Assembly: GCA_964534625.1 (NCBI GenBank)
Contig: CAZHRF010000008.1
Span: 13,016-77,015 of the forward strand
Source: an uncultured archaeon
GTDB taxonomy: Archaea > Asgardarchaeota > Heimdallarchaeia > Heimdallarchaeales > Heimdallarchaeaceae
Direction of reading: 5' to 3'
DNA length: 64,000 bases
The notes beneath the pieces are model-generated. The model worked only from the letters and a program-made list of their open reading frames with translations. It searched no databases and was not told the DNA's origin. Position numbers and translations under genes: made by a program. The first letter of the stretch is position 1; each line of letters opens with the position of its first letter. Positions 57,857 to 64,000 of the stretch are shown piece after piece.

Positions 57857-59326
57857 TTATATTCTCCTTCTATTTTTCATATCAACATCTATACGCAAGG
57901 GATAAGGATTATTATCATAATTTGATTTCATACTGTGTGCGAGTAGTGCAATAACTTTATGGTGCTGTTCTTTTTGCAAGATATCGATTATATTACTATT
58001 CTTAATTGTTTTTGTATCATACTTACCTGTTATAAACTCTGGTGAATTTAACAATACTTCGTGGAAATGTTTATTTGTCATTACTCCTTCTACCTTAAAA
58101 TCGCTTAAAGCTGTTAAAAGACGTTTTCTACATTGTTCTCTATTAACATCCCACGCTAATATTTTTGCTATTAAAGGATCAAATGTAGATGATACATGAT
58201 ATCCTTCATATATAGCTGTATCGGTTCTGATACCCGCACTAGAAGGAAGAATAACCGAGTTGATTGTTCCGGGTGAAGGATGAAAATTATCTAAAGGATT
58301 TTCTGTATTAATCCTTACTTCGATTGCATGACCTCTTAGTTTGATATCATCTTGTGAAAAAGATAGAGTTTGACCCAAAGCCACATGAAACTGTTCTAGG
58401 ATAAGGTCGTAATTTGTGACAAGTTCAGTAACTCCTATTTCATTTTGCATACGTGTATTAACTTCGATAAAATAGAATTCGCCATCATGATATAAGAATT
58501 CTACAGTACCAGCATTTTCATAATTGTATGTTCGAATAAATTCTACTACTAAAGTTCCTAATTCCTCTCGCATTTTTTCGTTCAATGCTGGTGAAGGAGA
58601 CTCTTCTAGTAGTTTTTGATGCCTTCTCTGAATAGAGCACTCCCTTTCACCCAAATGAACGATATTACCATACTTATCAGCAAAGAATTGAATCTCAATA
58701 TGTTTAGGATGATCAAGATATTTCTCTATATAAATTTCAGAGCTGGATTGAACAGAATCTAATAATTCTGTAACATGGCAATACGCTTCTTCCATTTTGG
58801 ATGGAGATTCTACATTTAAAATGCCTACCCCTCCTCCTCCATAGTTGGCTTTTAAGATAACAGGGTACCCTATTTGTTCTGCTATGTCTTTGGCGTGTGA
58901 AAAATTTTTGATGAGTGTAGTTGAACCCGGTATGATTTTTAAATTGGCTTCTTGAGCCTTTTTTCTAGCCATTAATTTATGTCCAAGATTAGCAATAGCA
59001 GTTGCTGAGGGTCCAATGAATTTATAGCCTTTTTTTGAAACTTGTTCTGCAAAGTTAGGATTTTCAGAGAGAAACCCATACCCAGGATAAACAGCATCTG
59101 CTCCGTTTTCTTGACATGCTTGTAAGATTTTAGGGATATTTAAATAGGTTTTCGCAAGATTTCCATCTCCCAAATAAAAACTATCATCTGCTAATTTTAC
59201 ATGTCGATCATTTTCCTCACCTTTAGAGAAGATGGCAACTGTTTTAAGATCAAGCATGTTAGCAGCATAAATGGCTCTAAGGGCAATTTCTCCTCTGTTG
59301 GCAATTAAAACTTTGCTGAAATCCAT
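57857..59326 (-). CDS. accC: Biotin carboxylase
   Basis: KVLIANRGEIALR, YPGYGFLSEN, ERECSIQRRHQKLLEESPS, AGTVEF, EVNTR. Confidence 0.93.
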   Translation of the reverse strand: MDFSKVLIANRGEIALRAIYAANMLDLKTVAIFSKGEENDRHVKLADDSFYLGDGNLAKTYLNIPKILQACQENGADAVYPGYGFLSENPNFAEQVSKKGYKFIGPSATAIANLGHKLMARKKAQEANLKIIPGSTTLIKNFSHAKDIAEQIGYPVILKANYGGGGVGILNVESPSKMEEAYCHVTELLDSVQSSSEIYIEKYLDHPKHIEIQFFADKYGNIVHLGERECSIQRRHQKLLEESPSPALNEKMREELGTLVVEFIRTYNYENAGTVEFLYHDGEFYFIEVNTRMQNEIGVTELVTNYDLILEQFHVALGQTLSFSQDDIKLRGHAIEVRINTENPLDNFHPSPGTINSVILPSSAGIRTDTAIYEGYHVSSTFDPLIAKILAWDVNREQCRKRLLTALSDFKVEGVMTNKHFHEVLLNSPEFITGKYDTKTIKNSNIIDILQKEQHHKVIALLAHSMKSNYDNNPYPLRIDVDMKNRRRI

Positions 59327-59654
59327 TATGTGTCTCCTGCTGAGATTAGTAAACCTATATCAATATCATTAATATGAGTATATTCTTTCTTGTAAGGAAA
59401 AAGAATGTTCTATATACTGAATGAATGAGGTTAGAGAAAGATAAAAATAAGAATTTATGTATTTATCGATGTGGAGATAATAATATCTAGAAAAAAGATA
59501 TTGTTTATTTTGAATAGAAATAATGAAATCAATAAAGGAAATATCTTTATCTGTTTCTTGCTTGACTTTCACAAACATCTGCATGATACGCTAATTTCTC
59601 TTTTTTCACTTCCCAGAGCAAATTTTTAATAATCTTCTTTGTTTCCTATATTTG

Positions 59655-61265
59655 ATGAGAGAGAATAGACAAGAAGAACCATCTAAGTATAGTTCAGATG
59701 AAATAACTACAGAAGATATCACGTTTAATCAAGAACTAATTAAAGAATTGACAAATAAAAAAATAGCCGCTAAGGTGGGAAATGAAAAGAAAATTTCCAA
59801 ACAACATAACCAAGGTAAGTTTACGGCGAGAAAAAGAATTGAAATGCTTTTAGATCCTCAAAGTTTTTCTGAAATAGGGCTTTTTGTTAAACATCAGTGT
59901 ACGGATTTTGAAATGGAAAAAAAGAGAATGCTTACCGATGGGGTTATTACTGGTCACGGAACTATTAATGGGCGACTAGTTTATGTTTATGCTCAAGACT
60001 TTACAATCATTGGTGGAACAGTTGGCAAAGCACATGCAAATAAAATTAAAAATATAATCAAAGAAGCTCTAATGGTCGGTGCACCTGTAATTGGACTTAT
60101 AGATACAGGAGGAGCGCGTATACAAGAGGGAGTAAACTCTCTAGCAGGCTATGGCAGTATTTTCCAAGAGATGACTAAAGCATCAGGCGTTATTCCTCAG
60201 ATATCGGCCATTTTAGGTCCCTCTGCTGGAGGAGGAGTGTATACTTCAGCTCTGTCTGATTTTGTTTTTATGACTGAAAATATTACCCATGCATTTATTA
60301 CTGGACCAAGGGTTTTGAAGAGCGTAACAGGGAGAGAGATCTCTTTAGATAAACTAGGGGGTGCATATGTACATAGTCATAAATCGGGAGTAGCACATTT
60401 TGTTCATTCTACGGAAGAAGAAACATTACACGCCATACGCGAGTTAATTGACTATTTACCTTCTGACTCGTCTAATGAACCGCCCATAGTTGAAACAAAA
60501 GACATACCTCATAGAAAATGTCCAAAATTAGATGGAATTATACCTGCAGATCCAAAAGAAACCTATGACATGAAAAAGATTCTTGTTGAGATAGTTGATA
60601 GAGAAAGTTTTTTCGAAGTGCAAGCAGATTGGGCTGCTAATTTGGTGACAGCTTTTGCCAAATTGAATGGATACACTATAGGGTTAGTAGCCAATCAATC
60701 TATAACCTTAGCTGGAGCACTAGATATAGATGCGTCAGATAAAGCTTCTCGCTTCATTAGGTTTTGTGATGCCTTTAATATCCCAATTGTGACATTTGTA
60801 GATGTACCTGGCTTTTTACCTGGAGTAGACCAAGAACACAATGGAATTATCAGGCATGGAGCTAAAATACTCTATGCTTATGCTGAAGCAACAGTTCCCA
60901 AGATATCTGTTATTACACGGAAAGCATATGGTGGGGCGTATATTTGTATGTCATCAAAAGATTTAGGGGGAGATAGAAACTATGCATGGCCAACAGCAGA
61001 GATTGCAGTGATGGGAATAGATGGCGCAATGAGTATTTTATACAAGAAAGAAAGTGACAAGGAAGAAGATAGTACTGATTTAGATGCATTTAAAGAAGAA
61101 TTCAAGAAAAAGTTTATGAGTCCCTATAAAGCAGCTGAATATGGATATATAGATGATATAATACAACCAGCTCATACAAGAATCTTTCTGATCAATGAAC
61201 TATGGACATTATTAGCAAAAAAGGTAGAACCAATAGATAAGAAACATGGAAACATACCACTATAG
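59655..61265 (+). CDS. Acyl-CoA carboxylase carboxyltransferase (PccB/MmdA-type)
   Basis: DGVITGHG, QDFTIIGG, GGARIQEGV, FCDAFNIP, DVPGFLPG, RKAYGGAY, KKHGNIPL. Confidence 0.95.
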   Translation: MRENRQEEPSKYSSDEITTEDITFNQELIKELTNKKIAAKVGNEKKISKQHNQGKFTARKRIEMLLDPQSFSEIGLFVKHQCTDFEMEKKRMLTDGVITGHGTINGRLVYVYAQDFTIIGGTVGKAHANKIKNIIKEALMVGAPVIGLIDTGGARIQEGVNSLAGYGSIFQEMTKASGVIPQISAILGPSAGGGVYTSALSDFVFMTENITHAFITGPRVLKSVTGREISLDKLGGAYVHSHKSGVAHFVHSTEEETLHAIRELIDYLPSDSSNEPPIVETKDIPHRKCPKLDGIIPADPKETYDMKKILVEIVDRESFFEVQADWAANLVTAFAKLNGYTIGLVANQSITLAGALDIDASDKASRFIRFCDAFNIPIVTFVDVPGFLPGVDQEHNGIIRHGAKILYAYAEATVPKISVITRKAYGGAYICMSSKDLGGDRNYAWPTAEIAVMGIDGAMSILYKKESDKEEDSTDLDAFKEEFKKKFMSPYKAAEYGYIDDIIQPAHTRIFLINELWTLLAKKVEPIDKKHGNIPL

Positions 61266-61331
61266 TTAATTGAATTAGACTAATTGAATGCTTTCCGATG
61301 ACAGAAATGGTTAGATTATCGTTCTATCATA

Positions 61332-63626
61332 CTATGTTTTTGATAAGTCAATACTTATGGATATTTTAGTAAGATTATTATTATTGGAAATATCTAATGT
61401 CCATTCATGAGCTTCTATTATTTTCATAATTATTTGGAAGCCCAATTGCCTTGATTTTTTATTTGTAATCAGATTAATTATTTTATCGGTTATTATATTT
61501 CCGTCATTGATTATATTGAGTACACAGGTATTATTATTTGACATTTCTTGAGTTATTTTTATAAACGAAGGTTTTCCATGTACGACGGCGTTTTCAATAA
61601 TATTCTTAAAAACTTGTAAAAGCTTAACTGGATCGCCATAAATGGGTGGGAAGGTTTCAGGCATATCTATACTAATATTAGGTGGTACTGTGATATCAAC
61701 GCATTCTTGTATGATCCTTTGTAAGTTGATTTTTTGTTTTTTACCTATTACGTTTCCTGCTTCAGCAAGAGAAATTGATTTATCCATGAGTTTTTCAATA
61801 TAGTTCGTTTGTTTAGTAATTAATTTAGTATATTTGGAAATATCGTCCAAATTTTTAGTTTGTTCAAGATTTTCAGAACAAAAATTTATGATAGCTACAG
61901 AATTGTTAAGATCATGCTCCATATACCTTACTAAATCGTTAAGCTCTTTTCTTTGTCTTATAATAGTTTCTTCAGCTTCTTTACGCTTAGAAATATCAGT
62001 ATGAGTTCCGACAATACGCATAATAGTGCCATCTTTATTTCTTTCAACTATTCTTCCTCGCCCTAGAATCCATTTATAGCTACCATTTTTGCATCGCATT
62101 CTATATTCAACCTCACTAAAAGGAATCTCGCCTTCATAATGTCGCGTATTCTGTTTTTCTGTGCGTTCAATGTCATCAGGATGTAATCTAGATGTATATT
62201 CAGTATACTCATTAGCTATCTCTTGATCGTCATATCCTATCATTTCCTTCCATCGTTTAGAATAAAAAACAACATTGGTTGTGCTATCCCAGTCCCATAT
62301 CCCATCATTGGCTGCTTCAACAGCTAATTTCCATCGCTCTAATTCGTGTTTTTGTTGCTTCTTTTCAGCATTATTGACAATTAGTTTTTGGACTCTTTCT
62401 AAAAATGCCCATTCATCTGTAAAAGACTGCTCTCTCTTATGAGAAAAAATTATCCCTAACAAACTATGAAATTGATTTTTTATGATGATAGGAATAAAAA
62501 TTACAGAAGTTATTCCTAGGTTTTCTAGTATGTTTTTTTCTTTAGGCGTAATAATTGCATCAGGGTGATTATTAACACTAAAAATTTTTCCTTCCTCAAA
62601 TGCTTGTAACCAGCTATTTTCGGTAAGTATGTTCTTATAATCTTCTTTGTTTTGATTGATGGGAGTATTAACCTTTTTTTCATTCCATTGAAATTCAGTT
62701 TTAAAAGTAAACATATCTTCTATTACATTATAAAAAAATATTTGGTCAGCTTGAAGGGCATCTCCTATCTCTTTAAGAGAGAAATTAAGTGCAGATTGAA
62801 AATCCGATTTAAGAAATCGATTAGAGATGGTATTTATACACCTTTCAAATGTACTATCAAAGAATTGGACTAGAAAATAATTTTTAACAGGAGAAAAAGC
62901 ATATACTTTATACCAACGTTTAAGAGGAAAAGAATACGCTTCAAATTCAGTTGTTTTTTGTTTTAATGCGACGTTCCCATATGTATTTATCCAATCAAAG
63001 TTTCCATTTCTTATCGATGGTTGAATTGCTGTTATCCTTTTACCGATAATATCAGAAGCAGTTAAACCTGTAAAACGTTCAAATGCAGGGTTAACTTTGA
63101 TAAATTCATAGTCTATAGGTATGCCTTGATTAGACAAAATAATTTTATGATATGCAAATGCTATAGGCGTATGGTAAAATATTGCATCATATATTTCTCT
63201 TTGTAAATTCAGTTTTTGTTCCATTTTATACCGATTATATGCTTGTTTGATAAAATGATCCAGTTTAATTTTATCTATCTTCAAATCATTAGTTTTTTGT
63301 AAATAGAAAGTATCTAAACTCAATGCTTTACTAGCAACATTTTCTTCGTAACTTTCTGTTAGAATGATAGACGGGATATTGTATTGCTCTTTAACCTTTC
63401 TTAGAAAGTCCAGTCCAGTACACCCAGACATTTGATACGCAGTTACAATCACATCAATTCTTTTTTTCGATAATAAGTCCAAAGCTGATGAAACAGAATG
63501 GGAAGTGGTTACATTAAGATTTTGTTGATCTGAAAATGATTCAGTAATACTAGTAAGGAAATCACAATCATCATCAACAAAAAGCACATTTATAGTCTGT
63601 ATAGAGAGCATGTTTGTAACTACCAT
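61332..63626 (-). CDS. Receiver-PAS-GAF-PAS-histidine kinase (degenerate receiver and G2 box)
   Basis: LFVDDD receiver; PAS motifs VNPAFERFTG and DGIWDWD...LHPDD; H-box EHDLNN; N-box FKNIIENAVVHG. Confidence 0.9.
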   Translation of the reverse strand: MVVTNMLSIQTINVLFVDDDCDFLTSITESFSDQQNLNVTTSHSVSSALDLLSKKRIDVIVTAYQMSGCTGLDFLRKVKEQYNIPSIILTESYEENVASKALSLDTFYLQKTNDLKIDKIKLDHFIKQAYNRYKMEQKLNLQREIYDAIFYHTPIAFAYHKIILSNQGIPIDYEFIKVNPAFERFTGLTASDIIGKRITAIQPSIRNGNFDWINTYGNVALKQKTTEFEAYSFPLKRWYKVYAFSPVKNYFLVQFFDSTFERCINTISNRFLKSDFQSALNFSLKEIGDALQADQIFFYNVIEDMFTFKTEFQWNEKKVNTPINQNKEDYKNILTENSWLQAFEEGKIFSVNNHPDAIITPKEKNILENLGITSVIFIPIIIKNQFHSLLGIIFSHKREQSFTDEWAFLERVQKLIVNNAEKKQQKHELERWKLAVEAANDGIWDWDSTTNVVFYSKRWKEMIGYDDQEIANEYTEYTSRLHPDDIERTEKQNTRHYEGEIPFSEVEYRMRCKNGSYKWILGRGRIVERNKDGTIMRIVGTHTDISKRKEAEETIIRQRKELNDLVRYMEHDLNNSVAIINFCSENLEQTKNLDDISKYTKLITKQTNYIEKLMDKSISLAEAGNVIGKKQKINLQRIIQECVDITVPPNISIDMPETFPPIYGDPVKLLQVFKNIIENAVVHGKPSFIKITQEMSNNNTCVLNIINDGNIITDKIINLITNKKSRQLGFQIIMKIIEAHEWTLDISNNNNLTKISISIDLSKT

Positions 63627-63810
63627 TATTAAAATTATTAAAGTACAACATATTGATTCTCTATTTAATTCTATTCTTTATCACATGTCTATTTTATTGC
63701 GGAAATATTTGAGAAATACAAGTGAGATTTTTTCAAAAATAGGTCAAAGAAAAAGAAAAAGAAAAAGTGTAGAGGTTATATAGGAAAAAACAATGAAAAA
63801 CTAGAAGAAC

Positions 63811-64000
63811 ATGAAAAATGTACAAAGGACTGAACAGATCAAGGTGAAACAAACAATCATATTGATGCGGTTGGCACACCAAAGTAAAAACCCATACAAT
63901 TATGCAAACTATATCATGAACTATTATTTCTAGAAAAACCATGGATGAATTTGGGTACTTTTGGGTAAGAGAGTGAGGGATTTAAATAGGAACAGACAGA
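63811..64000 (+). pseudogene. tnpB: Degraded tnpB N-terminus (IS200/IS605-type), running off the window
   Basis: MKNVQRTEQIKVK..LMRLAHQSKNPYNYANYIMNYYF* matches the TnpB 'RTE.I...L.H.SKNLYN.ANY' start. In-frame TAG at 63931 and TGA at 63946. Confidence 0.65.

Noticed and set aside
59369-59584. 71-aa ORF between accC and the carboxyltransferase
   Set aside because: AT-rich divergent promoter region; no motif or SD.
2480-62873. Numerous 60-120 aa ORFs nested in or antisense to long genes
   Set aside because: They overlap well-supported CDSs and have antisense-type composition.
63733-63942. Minus-strand 69-aa ORF
   Set aside because: Antisense to the tnpB remnant and an A-rich tract; no motif.
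63931-63948. In-frame TAG/TGA in the tnpB-like frame as recoding (Pyl/Sec)
   Set aside because: Two different stops close together, and TAG and TGA terminate many normal genes in this window; decay is the simpler explanation.

Overview
Low-GC (roughly 30%, by eye), gene-dense archaeal chromosome segment. I infer an Asgard archaeon, probably Heimdallarchaeia-like, from three longin-like domain proteins, internalin-type LRR paralogues, wH/PCI and zinc-ribbon membrane proteins, multi-OB RPA and an archaeal GluRS-type N-terminal domain. About 55 CDS are present. They are mostly housekeeping, amino-acid catabolism, transport and lipid-related genes (PepD, GdhA, ProDH, IlvE, Fe/B12-type ABC importer, two ABC exporters, biotin-dependent carboxylase, alkaline phosphatase, GH10). 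No rRNA, tRNA or CRISPR array was recognised. Most notable: (1) a bacterial-type GlnRS carrying an archaeal GluRS-like N-terminal domain, divergent from a short AlaRS; (2) a divergent RtcB-fold protein that keeps the metal and guanylylation His/Cys residues but has lost the basic RNA-contact residues; (3) an EamA transporter fused to an Lrp/AsnC RAM domain, next to a stand-alone RAM gene; (4) a Cwh43/PGAP2IP-like membrane EEP enzyme and an SRD5A-like reductase; (5) an unannotated metallothionein-like peptide divergent from a Cys-rich HxlR regulator, with a palindrome between them; (6) a hicB-hicA operon with a third gene; (7) a four-copy MITE of about 110 bp with 5-bp target duplications, plus IS200/IS605 end remnants and a dead tnpB; (8) probable ATT start codons. 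All family calls come from motif recognition by eye; no database searches were run.
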